Part shown: piece after piece, positions 1-9,365 of the stretch
Position numbering within the stretch: position 1 is the first letter of the stretch
Layout of the letters: every line of letters starts with the position of its first letter
NCBI GenBank assembly: GCA_028867755.1
Contig: JAGWFT010000001.1
Span: forward strand, 292,727-356,726
DNA: 64,000 bases
Source: Nitrososphaerota archaeon
Lineage (GTDB): Archaea; Thermoproteota; Nitrososphaeria; Nitrososphaerales; Nitrosopumilaceae
Reading direction: 5' to 3'
The notes under the pieces: model-generated
Database searches by the model: none
Told to the model about the DNA's origin: nothing
What the model saw: only the letters and a program-made list of their open reading frames with translations
Position numbers and translations under genes: made by a program

Positions 1-77
1 TTCCAAGACATTACCTATTCTCCTTGGACACCTTAATGAAGATTCCTTTCTTTCCTTACTATCAAGGTAAGATTGTC

Positions 78-248
78 ATGTCAAAGGAATCAAAACGTGA
101 GATACTTGGAATGAGTATGATTACCTACAAGTTTCAGGTTACTGTACCAAAGAAGGTCAGAGAGAAACATAGGCTCAAGGAAGGGGACACATTGGCATTT
201 GTAGAAGAGCATGGACGAATTTACGTTGCAAAGAGTACCGAGGTATAA
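78..248 (+). CDS. AbrB/MazE/SpoVT-family DNA-binding protein
   Basis: ITYKFQVTVPKKVREKHRLKEGDTLAF matches the swapped-hairpin AbrB pattern; ATG at 78 preferred over the track's TTG at 24. Confidence 0.85.
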   Translation: MSKESKREILGMSMITYKFQVTVPKKVREKHRLKEGDTLAFVEEHGRIYVAKSTEV

Positions 249-363
249 AGGACAATCTCAAATCTATGGCTATTGTCCCAATTTTTTATTTATGATTAAA
301 TTTCAAAGATGTTTTAACTCCTGCCATTTCAGAATCTGACTTGAATATGTAGAGTTTTCATTT

Positions 364-1494
364 CTATTGAATTGACGCTGGTGCAGTTATCTCAATTTGT
401 GACACACCATATTGAAATGGAATACTAATAATCCTGCTCTGAGACGTAGTTGTTTGATTATATCGAACTTCTGCCCCGTCTTCTAGAACAATAAATGCAC
501 TGTCCTGACCATTAATTTTTGAATCTATCAATGCTCTTGGCAGATCCGCTATCAGCGTTCCATTTCCTGTGGTTTTCATTGATAAAATAAGTTCCTTGTT
601 TATTATGTCAGCCTTGGCTTGTTCAATTTCACCTCCTGTAATTGTATAACTGAAAAAGTAGGTAGAGTTTTTTCCATTAATCAATAGTGAAATTTTCTCA
701 AGTTGTGGTATTGATGTATCCAACCCGACCAGTCGAAGTATTGCAAGATCATCTGGGTTTGTGCAAGAGTTGGCGTAGGTTGGAGGATAGAAACATGTCT
801 TGTTTGGTTTTATGACGGCATAATTGTCAACACCATTTCCAGTCACTTTCTCAATATAGATATCAGAGCCAAACCTTTGTGCTGTAAAGTTGTAGTTGCT
901 TGAGTGTAATGGACATGGCATCCTAAATGTCTCGCATGGGTCAGGAACTCCGCTGCTTGCATTGAGTGTGACTGTCTGAATTGCATTTTCTGTGGACTGT
1001 GGAAGTGCCAAGACCCAGCCATACATCCAAGGGTGTGGTTCTGTGTCATATTGAAACTCACCTACCTTTGTAAAGGTGAAATTAAATGACTTGCCAGGAA
1101 GTAGTAACATGCTGTTGGCAGAGCGGGTTACATTCCAAAAGAGGGGATCATCATGATTGTCAGCCACGATGGTATGCGCAGCGCTTGGGGACTCGTTAGT
1201 CCACTTGACCGTATTATTTATGCCAAGAACAACCACTAGATACCTTGGCTCGTAATTTTTTCCTGAGCTTGGATCTTCAGCACCTGCTGGAATTATAATA
1301 TTTGAAATACTTGTAATGGTTTGGTTTATTTCTGTAGATGCATTTTGGATAGAGCTCGTGTTAGCCAAGGGTTGACTTGGAATCATTGGGCAGAATGTGC
1401 ACGGAGATCTGTTCTCGTGCAACGTAAAAAGAGAGATTGAGACAATCACTGCTATTGCCATCGAAGCAATTATGGCAAAAACTAGAATCTTCAT
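364..1494 (-). CDS. Exported cupredoxin-fold (plastocyanin-like) protein with C-terminal thaumarchaeal beta-sandwich domain
   Basis: N-terminal hydrophobic helix; NNTVKWTN..AHTIV..FNFTFTKVGEFQY.TEPHPWM cupredoxin signature; C-terminal YTITGG..LPRALID domain typical of AOA surface proteins. Confidence 0.75.
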   Translation of the reverse strand: MKILVFAIIASMAIAVIVSISLFTLHENRSPCTFCPMIPSQPLANTSSIQNASTEINQTITSISNIIIPAGAEDPSSGKNYEPRYLVVVLGINNTVKWTNESPSAAHTIVADNHDDPLFWNVTRSANSMLLLPGKSFNFTFTKVGEFQYDTEPHPWMYGWVLALPQSTENAIQTVTLNASSGVPDPCETFRMPCPLHSSNYNFTAQRFGSDIYIEKVTGNGVDNYAVIKPNKTCFYPPTYANSCTNPDDLAILRLVGLDTSIPQLEKISLLINGKNSTYFFSYTITGGEIEQAKADIINKELILSMKTTGNGTLIADLPRALIDSKINGQDSAFIVLEDGAEVRYNQTTTSQSRIISIPFQYGVSQIEITAPASIQ

Positions 1495-1496
1495 AT

Positions 1497-3353
1497 CTAT
1501 TTCACCGGGATGTATCCTACCTTGAATCCAGCAGTGCTGTCAATGTGAAAATCATACGGTTCTGCAGGACAGAACCATTGGTTATTATTTTCAAGCCACG
1601 GAAAATCATTTTGCTTTAGTGTGGAATTTTCATATCCTACGGCAAAAGGCATTGGCACGCAAAATATTGTCAGTCCATAAAGTCCTTTGTGATTTCCTGT
1701 TTTTATCCAGTAAACGATAGTTGAGTCACCTGCAGAAATTGTATTGTTGCCAGAATCATTCCAAGCTGATACATCTTTGGCACTCTGGGTCAGATTATTT
1801 GCCTCTGAGATTCCAATCCCTATTCGTACTGGAAAATCATTTAGGTTGTGATACCTTACACAAATCTTTCCAGTAGAGTTTAGAGGCATGTAGAGTGTTG
1901 GTATTCCTTGGTACTTTTGCGGGTATGGATCTTGACATGGCTCAAACGAGGCAGGCAAGGTCTGGTTTCTTTGATTTGTCACTGTGAAACTTGCTTGTGC
2001 TGTTTTGTTGTCAAGCAAGACTGTCATCGTATAGGTACCAGTCTTGTTGATAACTGGGCTTCCCGCAGGTCCTGCTACAACGTAAGTAAAAGTGGAAAAG
2101 GCCAGCTGTGGATCTTCAGAGTGTACTATACAACAGTTGTTCCAGACCTGTGTACCATTTGAATCAAGAATTGTCACATCGGGAATGATGCCGCCGAATT
2201 CATATCCTGTATATCTTACTGTTGCGTTGATTGGTTGGCCAGCAAAATAATTTTGTTGCAATCCAACTATACTCATATTCTTGATGAGAGGCTCGGGATG
2301 GGTTGTCCCAAGAGCCCATCCCCACATAATGAGCTTGGTTGCAGCAAGTGGATGTACACAAGCCGGAGTAAAATCTTCTGCCTTGAGAATCAACTGAAAA
2401 CCTCCCCTACAATGAAAATCCTGAGGCAGTGTACCTGGAAACATTTTGCGTTGTTGTAAAGGACTTAGAGATTGCAGATATTGATGGATATCAAAATTAA
2501 GAATAAAGTGCGATGTCGTATAGTTCTCTCCGTATTGCGCTAATACCGTATAGTTGCCAGAATAGTAAAATGCGGCTGGTGGGACTGTCCATGCATAGCT
2601 CTCATTTGACCAGAGCGGGAAAAGTTTGGAAATTACTTCTTGATGATGAGAGTCAAATATCTTGATTACCAGTGGCAATTTGCTGTTGGGGTTGGCGATA
2701 TGACCTGAAATTATTATTTTATCTTCGGCGGTGTAATTTTGAAGATTAGTGGTCACGGAGATTGCAGGAGAGGTATTGGGAGTCGTTTGATTTTCTGCAA
2801 GTATGGCAATCTCCAGAGGCTTTGACCATATTGATTCCATATGAGCGGGTATCCCTTCAGAATTAATACTTGCAATAGAATAGACCGTATAATTTCCAGG
2901 CTTGTCAAGTACGATTTCAGGAAATCCACCATACCCTGATACCCACCGACCAGTGGTAGACATGTCAGGCTTGAGAGACTCGTCGATACCTACTGTGGCA
3001 GTGGCGTCTGGCCAAATAAAAGAGGTGTCGCCATTTTGATCAAGAACCTCTATCTCAAAAAGTGGTTCGCCGTGTGTTATTGTTGCAACATTGTTTCCTG
3101 CATTTATCAAATGTGGTATAACTGAAAATTTTTCACCTGTTTTGTATTCTGTTTTGTTTATTTCCTGAGTCACTATTAGCATGGTCCCATTGTATGCAAG
3201 CCCAGTTTTTATGGCATTATCACGTTCCTGCAATATTTCTTTTGCAGTCTGTTGTGCAAAAACACTTTGCGATACAATTATGGAAGATGCAATAAGAATT
3301 ACAATTATTGAGAGGTGTAGAGTTTTCACGCTTGATATGGACGGTACAGACAT
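1497..3353 (-). CDS. Large exported multidomain (Ig-like) surface protein
   Basis: Signal peptide ending VFA-QQ; repeated Ig-like units ending GNYTV/GTYTM; AOA-type module SPLQQ..C..GFQLILKA..TPACV..KLIMWGW; many N-x-S/T sequons. Confidence 0.7.
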   Translation of the reverse strand: MSVPSISSVKTLHLSIIVILIASSIIVSQSVFAQQTAKEILQERDNAIKTGLAYNGTMLIVTQEINKTEYKTGEKFSVIPHLINAGNNVATITHGEPLFEIEVLDQNGDTSFIWPDATATVGIDESLKPDMSTTGRWVSGYGGFPEIVLDKPGNYTVYSIASINSEGIPAHMESIWSKPLEIAILAENQTTPNTSPAISVTTNLQNYTAEDKIIISGHIANPNSKLPLVIKIFDSHHQEVISKLFPLWSNESYAWTVPPAAFYYSGNYTVLAQYGENYTTSHFILNFDIHQYLQSLSPLQQRKMFPGTLPQDFHCRGGFQLILKAEDFTPACVHPLAATKLIMWGWALGTTHPEPLIKNMSIVGLQQNYFAGQPINATVRYTGYEFGGIIPDVTILDSNGTQVWNNCCIVHSEDPQLAFSTFTYVVAGPAGSPVINKTGTYTMTVLLDNKTAQASFTVTNQRNQTLPASFEPCQDPYPQKYQGIPTLYMPLNSTGKICVRYHNLNDFPVRIGIGISEANNLTQSAKDVSAWNDSGNNTISAGDSTIVYWIKTGNHKGLYGLTIFCVPMPFAVGYENSTLKQNDFPWLENNNQWFCPAEPYDFHIDSTAGFKVGYIPVK

Positions 3354-3426
3354 GGTTTAAAAAAGTGGCGTAGAATTGCAAATATCAACGGCATAGCTTA
3401 ACTAGTGCATATCATTTTTTATTGTC

Positions 3427-3588
3427 ATGAAAAAGAAATTTGTGTATCTTATTGTTGCTGTGATAGCTGTAGTGTTATCTTTTGTCCCTGTTTTTCCATA
3501 TCTTCCCCCATGCCCTCCTGCTACAGAGCCTTGCATGACACCGATGGAACATGTGTCACTTGTAGGGTACGTCTTCTCATACCTATAA
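3427..3588 (+). CDS. Small membrane/secreted protein, 53 aa (below the ORF-track cutoff)
   Basis: My translation: MKKKFVYLIVAVIAVVLSFVPVFPYLPPCPPATEPCMTPMEHVSLVGYVFSYL; basic N-terminus, hydrophobic helix, Cys pair. Confidence 0.55.
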   Translation: MKKKFVYLIVAVIAVVLSFVPVFPYLPPCPPATEPCMTPMEHVSLVGYVFSYL

Positions 3589-3756
3589 AAAACTGATCTA
3601 AATAGAATTCAAATCCCTACATTGTAATTAATGAATTTAGTTATGTGATTTTAACTATCCATTCCTAGTCTGGTAAGGCCCATCTACTGTATCAGATAAT
3701 CTCGACCCCACAAAACACGGCTAGATTATAATACCAAATCCCTGTATCTTGACTGG

Positions 3757-4158
3757 ATGCCTGACAAATTTTCGAGAGAGACGAGAAGCAAGATAATGTC
3801 ATCCATAAGATCCAAGAACACAAAGCCTGAAACCACAGTAAGGCATCTTTTGTGGTCAATGGGAAAGCGTTATCGTATACATGACAAATCAATTTTTGGC
3901 ACCCCTGACATATCCAGTAAAAAAAACAGGGTTGCAGTTTTCATTGATGGTTGTTTCTGGCACGGCTGCAAATTGTGTTATCAAAAACCAAGAACCAACA
4001 CAGAGTTTTGGAGCAACAAAATTGAAACCAACAGGAAACGAAGGAAATCTGTCATGTCTAGACTGAAAAAGGATGGATGGCGTGTGCTAGAGATATGGGA
4101 ACACGATGTTGAATCAAAACCCCAGAATGTGGTCAGGCGAATATCGAAGATGCTTTAA
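3757..4158 (+). CDS. vsr: Very short patch repair endonuclease
   Basis: MPDKFS..RSKIMSSIRSKNTKPE, GTPDI, FIDGCFWHG, FWSNKI..NRKR, WEHD motifs. Confidence 0.95.
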   Translation: MPDKFSRETRSKIMSSIRSKNTKPETTVRHLLWSMGKRYRIHDKSIFGTPDISSKKNRVAVFIDGCFWHGCKLCYQKPRTNTEFWSNKIETNRKRRKSVMSRLKKDGWRVLEIWEHDVESKPQNVVRRISKML

Positions 4159-4163
4159 AAAAA

Positions 4164-5363
4164 TCAATATGACGTTTTTACCCAACGGCTAGATTTCACT
4201 TCCAGTTTTATTTCCAACAGTTCTTTTATGGATTCTGCTATTGCTTTTGCAAACAGTGGCGGAACGGCGTTGCCTATCTGTATGAATTGTTTTGTGCGTG
4301 GTCCTTCGAAAACATAATTGTCACCAAATGACTGGAGTCGTGCAGCTTCTCTGGGTGTAATGCTTCTGTTTTGTTTTGTGTCCGGATGAATATGCATCAG
4401 TCCGTCCTTTGACAGGTGTGCGATTATTGTGGACGATGGCCTGTTCCATGGCATCTTCTTGAACCTGTCCTGGAAGATGTCCTTTCTGTAAGGATTGTAT
4501 CTTTTTGGCAGATCCTTTATCCATTGTCCTGGCTTCAGCAGATGAAAGATTTCAAGATCCCTCTCGTTGTGTGTCCTTGCCACATGACCGTGTACACCAT
4601 CAGATCCTTGTCTCATTTTTGTTTGATAATGGCTTTGATTTTCAGTGTACGGATAAGCAGAAAATTCTCTTCCTTCCCCCGCATGTATCTTCGGAAGATC
4701 AGACAATGCTGAACATACAGTCTCATATGGTTTTCTCCCTTTTGGATCTTCCTTCAGTGGATCATAATGTGAATGCTTCAACACAGGATTTTGTAGACCC
4801 AGCTTGTTTCCTATTGCCAACACCCTTGTCCTGAATTGCGGTACGCCAAAATTTGCAACTTCCTCAAGATAAAAGGTTACATCGTATTTTCCCGCGAGCT
4901 CGTTTTCTATCTCATCTTTGATAGTACCGTCACTCATGGAGAACATTCTTGGCACGTTTTCCATCACAAAAAATTTTGGTTGCAGCCCTTTTACCAATCT
5001 GAAAAATTCTCGGTATAATGTGTTCAGTGGGTGTCTGCGATTGGTTGATCTTCCCATTGATCTGAGTTTTGCACAGGCAATTGTGCTAAACGCTTGACAA
5101 GGAGGCCCACCTGCAAGAACATCTATTTCTCTGCTATTGATTTCCCTTAACACATTATCAACTGTAAGATTTTCGATCTTATACTCAACTGCATTACCAT
5201 GATATTTTCTGAAAGTATCTAATGACCATTTGTCACAGTCAACTCCAAGAAGAGTCTCAAAACCTGCTTGCTTGAATCCCTCTGAGAGACCACCTGCACC
5301 ACAAAAGAGATCTACTACCGTATGTTTTTGCTTCAATTCTATATGATTACAATTTGAGATCAC
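4164..5363 (-). CDS. dcm: DNA (cytosine-5)-methyltransferase
   Basis: Motif I DLFCGAGG, IV GGPPCQAFS, VI ENV, VIII QFRTR, IX REAARLQSF, X IGNAVPP. Confidence 0.95.
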   Translation of the reverse strand: MISNCNHIELKQKHTVVDLFCGAGGLSEGFKQAGFETLLGVDCDKWSLDTFRKYHGNAVEYKIENLTVDNVLREINSREIDVLAGGPPCQAFSTIACAKLRSMGRSTNRRHPLNTLYREFFRLVKGLQPKFFVMENVPRMFSMSDGTIKDEIENELAGKYDVTFYLEEVANFGVPQFRTRVLAIGNKLGLQNPVLKHSHYDPLKEDPKGRKPYETVCSALSDLPKIHAGEGREFSAYPYTENQSHYQTKMRQGSDGVHGHVARTHNERDLEIFHLLKPGQWIKDLPKRYNPYRKDIFQDRFKKMPWNRPSSTIIAHLSKDGLMHIHPDTKQNRSITPREAARLQSFGDNYVFEGPRTKQFIQIGNAVPPLFAKAIAESIKELLEIKLEVKSSRWVKTSY

Positions 5364-5380
5364 ATGTCACCATGTGATCT
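5357..5380. promoter_or_regulatory. Perfect 10-bp inverted repeat over the methyltransferase start codon (candidate operator)
   Basis: AGATCACATG-tcac-CATGTGATCT; the GTG start (5361-5363) lies inside the left arm. Confidence 0.5.
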
Positions 5381-5420
5381 AAATTAGACAAACTGATAAA
5401 AATTAGAGCCATGACCTAAT

Positions 5421-6032
5421 TTATTCCCCAAGTTGTCGAAAATTATGAGGATGTCCATCCTCAGGAATCATATTTCTGTTACAAATTCCAGTCATAAGAT
5501 CCTTCAACTCATTTTCCTCATCATAGGTAAATTTTTTCTTAAACACATCCCCTAACCATTCTCTGATTTTCCTTGTAGACCCATTGTAGGTAAGATATTC
5601 ATTTTCTAATCCTAAGGATGTGATTTTTTTAGTTACGGGATAAAATCTCTTCTTTCTGTCACTCAAGATTTTTAGTGCTGCTGATTCTAGTCTCACATAC
5701 AGTTTTTTAGGTTGACCTGTTTTGTGAACTATTTCCTCGATTCCAATTTCATTAAGGATATTCTGTGTTTTTTTATTCACTTCAAACGCTGTGAATACAA
5801 TCCCCGGAACAGACTTCCCCTTGAAAAACAATTCCCTGAAAACTTCATACCCTTCCTTGCCTTTGGCCAGTTTTATGTCAGCCACAATGAAGTCAATTCC
5901 ACCCTTAAGTAATTCTTTGATGGCCTGCTTAACCGTAGTTACGCCAACTACTTCAAATTTGGTTATTGTCATATTCAAAATCCTGAGCATAGATCCATCA
6001 TTTTCTACTATGAGCATTTTTCTCTTATCCAC
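5421..6032 (-). CDS. Response-regulator receiver protein with uncharacterised C-terminal domain
   Basis: LIVEND, IVADIKL (phospho-Asp), VFTA, VHK receiver motifs; start overlaps the kinase stop. Confidence 0.8.
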   Translation of the reverse strand: MDKRKMLIVENDGSMLRILNMTITKFEVVGVTTVKQAIKELLKGGIDFIVADIKLAKGKEGYEVFRELFFKGKSVPGIVFTAFEVNKKTQNILNEIGIEEIVHKTGQPKKLYVRLESAALKILSDRKKRFYPVTKKITSLGLENEYLTYNGSTRKIREWLGDVFKKKFTYDEENELKDLMTGICNRNMIPEDGHPHNFRQLGE

Positions 6033-8184
6033 GTTTGATTTTCTCCCATGGAATGGTAATCACAAATGTAGCACCACGTCCAAGTTCACCATCTTTAAGA
6101 ATTTCAACCTTGCCTCCGTATGATTCCACTGTCTCTTGAACTATACTGAGTCCAAGTCCGGTGCCATTTTCATATTCTGAGAATAATGGTCTAAAAATTT
6201 TGTGTCGGATTGAATCACTCACCCCCTTTCCATTATCACTAAATTTCATCTTTATTCCATGTGATTCTTTGGTGCAAGTTACTTTGATCATTTTTTTATT
6301 AGTTTTTTCAAGGGCCTTGACAGAGTTCGTTAGCATGTTAAGCGCTATAGATAAGAAATCTGCCTTGTTCATGAAGATGGTAAGATCCTTTGGATATGCT
6401 TTTGCTTTCGCATCTATCTCATAGTCCAACACAGTTACAAAATCATCAAGTATGTCATTCATTTCCTTTTCAATCTTAATTGGTTCTTTTATTCTAGATT
6501 CCACTGAATGACCTACTCCTTGAACAAATTTTCTTATGAACCATGTAAAGTGAGACACAGTTACAATTTTATCATCCAAATCTTTTATCACGGCATCTAA
6601 TATTGAGTCGTTGATGCCAAGTTTTTTAAGATATTTTGATATGGCATCTGGGGTGGATTCTATTCCAGCAATAATGTTGAAAATTTCGTGGTAAGAAGCA
6701 GCTGACGAAATTCCCAAAGATGCAAGATTTCTATATGTACGTTCCCGGTTTTCTAGGTCTTGATATTCCTCTGTCAAGTCATCTCTATAACCAGTAAACA
6801 CTTTGCTGATTTTGTTCAGAGATTTTTGAATGACCTTTTTATCAGTTTTATCGAGTTGTGGATTTTCCTCAACCAACTCAGAGAGATATTTAATTTCTGA
6901 TTCTAGAACCCGTTCATGTTTTACTCTGGTTCCTTTTTCTTGCTGTCGTTTGCGTTCTTCACTCCTAAAGTAAAAGAATTCTGTAAATATGTCATTTACA
7001 AAATAAACCATGTTAAGATAAGCATCATTTTCTACAAGCTTTTCCCTAGTAGTAGTATCTATCAATAACGGATTTTCTTCTCTCGATATTTCGACAAAAC
7101 CTATTACTTGAGAATTATAGACCCTGAGGGTAGATTGAACTCTTTGGGCCTCTAAACTAAGCCAATCATTACCCAATGCACCGTATGGACTAACCCAAAA
7201 GCCATCTCGGTATATCTTAATGCCATGGTGATCTCTAACAATAGACGTTATCTCACTCGATTTCAGAACATCGCGATAATATTCATCCCAGGGATCATAT
7301 CTAGTTGAATGAGGAAAGAAGTAGAATACCACCTTGCATAGGCCGAAAGATTTCCAAGGAAGCCCGTTTGATTTCATTATGTCTTCATATGATAATGATC
7401 TTTTCTCTACAAATTTTCCTTCTCTCCAAATTGTCATGGTGGTGTGATTAAAACCTGAGGGAATGGCAGCACTTACTTTGTAGGGAGCTTTCTTAAACAT
7501 TAGACTTTCAATTTCTGAAGTAACACCTGAACCAAATTCGTTAGCAATTATCTTTACTCCAAATTTTTCTTTTTGGGATCGTCTCAATTCAGGTGGAAGC
7601 AAAATAGAAGCTATAGACAAACGTAGTTTTTGGATTTTCTTTTCGTCCCATGGTTCACGAATATTTTCAAGCATTATTGTTGTGCCATGTTCTGAAATAT
7701 TATCGCGTTGAGGATTGATTTCTACTGGATTTTTTATTTGAGTAAATTCCACTGTTTCATCCTCGTATTTGTCCCAATCAATATGAAGGGTTATTTCTTC
7801 TGTGCTAGATACCGGCCGCGAAATTATTGTTGTTTTCTTTGATAATTTTTCTGTTGAAAATCTTCCAATACCTTTGTTTCCAAGTACACGACGACCCATA
7901 TTGGTTATTTTTTGTTTTTCTTTTCCATAGGTGCCGATCACCATCCATTTATTTTCGATGTCAACATAGGTCATTCCTTCACCATTATCTTTCAGGATGA
8001 TTCTTGCATTGATTCCACCACCTTCAAGTAGATTTTCAAATGTAATTGTTAATTCAGTTGCATCTGCATCATATGCATTTTTTACCAACTCAAACAGGGC
8101 TGCAGTATCACTAGAAACTGATTCACGTCCCAAAAGACGTGCCACTTTGCTGGTAAATTTAAAACTTAGACTCTCAGGCTCCAT
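6025..8184 (-). CDS. MORC/MutL-type GHKL ATPase fused to a C-terminal histidine kinase
   Basis: N-terminal ELVKNAYDADA / DNGEGM / GNKGIGRF; central YRDGF..PYG..GNDWL; coiled coil; H-box SYHEI; second HATPase NMLTNS / DNGKG / GTGLGLSIV. Confidence 0.85.
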   Translation of the reverse strand: MEPESLSFKFTSKVARLLGRESVSSDTAALFELVKNAYDADATELTITFENLLEGGGINARIILKDNGEGMTYVDIENKWMVIGTYGKEKQKITNMGRRVLGNKGIGRFSTEKLSKKTTIISRPVSSTEEITLHIDWDKYEDETVEFTQIKNPVEINPQRDNISEHGTTIMLENIREPWDEKKIQKLRLSIASILLPPELRRSQKEKFGVKIIANEFGSGVTSEIESLMFKKAPYKVSAAIPSGFNHTTMTIWREGKFVEKRSLSYEDIMKSNGLPWKSFGLCKVVFYFFPHSTRYDPWDEYYRDVLKSSEITSIVRDHHGIKIYRDGFWVSPYGALGNDWLSLEAQRVQSTLRVYNSQVIGFVEISREENPLLIDTTTREKLVENDAYLNMVYFVNDIFTEFFYFRSEERKRQQEKGTRVKHERVLESEIKYLSELVEENPQLDKTDKKVIQKSLNKISKVFTGYRDDLTEEYQDLENRERTYRNLASLGISSAASYHEIFNIIAGIESTPDAISKYLKKLGINDSILDAVIKDLDDKIVTVSHFTWFIRKFVQGVGHSVESRIKEPIKIEKEMNDILDDFVTVLDYEIDAKAKAYPKDLTIFMNKADFLSIALNMLTNSVKALEKTNKKMIKVTCTKESHGIKMKFSDNGKGVSDSIRHKIFRPLFSEYENGTGLGLSIVQETVESYGGKVEILKDGELGRGATFVITIPWEKIKRG

Positions 8185-8686
8185 CTTGTTCCTGCGATTT
8201 CTTACAGTTTCTTGTTTTTAACCTTAGTTAGAAAGGTTTGAATCTGTTGGGACACAATATAATTTGATCTAACTAGAGATCCAAGCGATCATTTGTTAGA
8301 AATTGTATAATGTAGTTTTCATCAGGCTCCCATGACAATCAACAAATCTGTACCGATTTCCACCTTCCAATCTCTGACACTATGACATGATTATACCTAT
8401 TCGATTCAACTAATGATGAGCCCCAACATGACCCAACACATGAAAACCTGCAAAATATGGTTACCTGCCACGTTTTGCCTTGGTAAAATAATCCACCATG
8501 CACTCTTTATGTGCATATTCGGCAGTATTGCACGAGGTTTGACAAAACCAGCAAATGCCTTTGCGAAATTTCGGTGACTCGACCTCTCGCACTTGATAAT
8601 ATTTACGACATTCTTGCCCTTAACTCTGATCGTAGGATAGGATCGTAGAGTACTGGTGCTATAACCCACTGGATTATCTGGCCTTC

Positions 8687-9089
8687 AAAACTATAGGTAG
8701 TTTTTTCCAGTTACTGATTAGTACACTTACGATCATTCAGCTATCAATAGCAGTTTTTTCAATCAGTCAACTACTATAGATAGCAGTCAGTAGCAGTAGT
8801 TGTTTTGACTATAGGTAGCAGTCAGTAGCAGTAGTTGTTTTGACTGCTATAGGTAGCAGTCAGTAGCAGTCGACTACCTATGGACCTTGACTGCTATAGG
8901 TAGTTTTCAAATGACTGCTACTCGTGATTTTTGTCAAGTTGGCAAAAACTGGTGATGACTACCTATAGTCATTTAGTTGATAGAAAAACTAGCAGTTTTT
9001 TCAATCAGTCAACTACTATAGGTAGTAGTTATCAATACTGGTATCGATACAAATGGTCTGGGTTTTGAAAAACTATAGGTAGTTTTTTC
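8687..9089. repeat. Complex iteron-like repeat region
   Basis: CTATAGGTAG at 8691, 8809, 8847, 8894, 9016, 9073 and reversed at 8959; identical 30-mer at 8781 and 8816; identical 32-mer at 8748 and 8990; AAAACTATAGGTAGTTTTTTC at both ends (8687, 9069). Confidence 0.85.
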
Positions 9090-9242
9090 AATTCATGTTA
9101 TCGATATAGGTGTATTACGCAGATGCGTAGTATGCGCGTACTCTTACACCTTGCGTACTACGAGTATGTTTTTTCTGCATTTTTTAATGCATAGAAAGAT
9201 TAACAAATGTGTAGTTGTATAGATATAGTAAGATTTCTGAAA

Positions 9243-9341
9243 AAAAAGAAATGGGGTAGGAACTGCGAAGCTGTTCCAATAGCTTACTGCCAGTGTCTAC
9301 AACCTCTGTGTCAGTCGACCTCTCTCGGCCCATTTCTTTTT
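9243..9341. other. 99-bp element with 13-bp terminal inverted repeats and an internal hairpin
   Basis: AAAAAGAAATGGG (9243-9255) / CCCATTTCTTTTT (9329-9341); internal GGAAC-tgcgaagct-GTTCC; interior richer in GC than the flanks. Confidence 0.4.
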
Positions 9342-9365
9342 ATTTTAATGTATGTAACACAAGGC

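Noticed and set aside
250-290. GGACAAT/ATTGTCC stem plus T-run as a terminator
   Set aside because: Only a 7-bp stem with a 15-nt loop; plausible but not distinguishable from chance.
3601-3620. TTCAAATCCC resembling a tRNA T-arm or att remnant
   Set aside because: No T-stem, acceptor stem or second copy.
8406-8669. 87-aa minus-strand ORF from the track, and an alternative 43-aa frame (8461-8592, CWFC...HKEC)
   Set aside because: The track ORF has no recognisable motif. The alternative frame looks Zn-finger-like but has only a doubtful GTG start and no other support.
8687-9089. CRISPR array
   Set aside because: Repeat units are irregular in length and orientation, there are no unique equal-sized spacers, and no cas genes are present.
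9243-9341. Riboswitch or tRNA 3'-end call
   Set aside because: No conserved core of FMN, TPP, SAM, fluoride or guanidine riboswitches and no cloverleaf; kept only as an unassigned structured element.
1-9341. Calling the left block a defined mobile element with boundaries
   Set aside because: No integrase, transposase, tRNA target or att pair is visible in the window.
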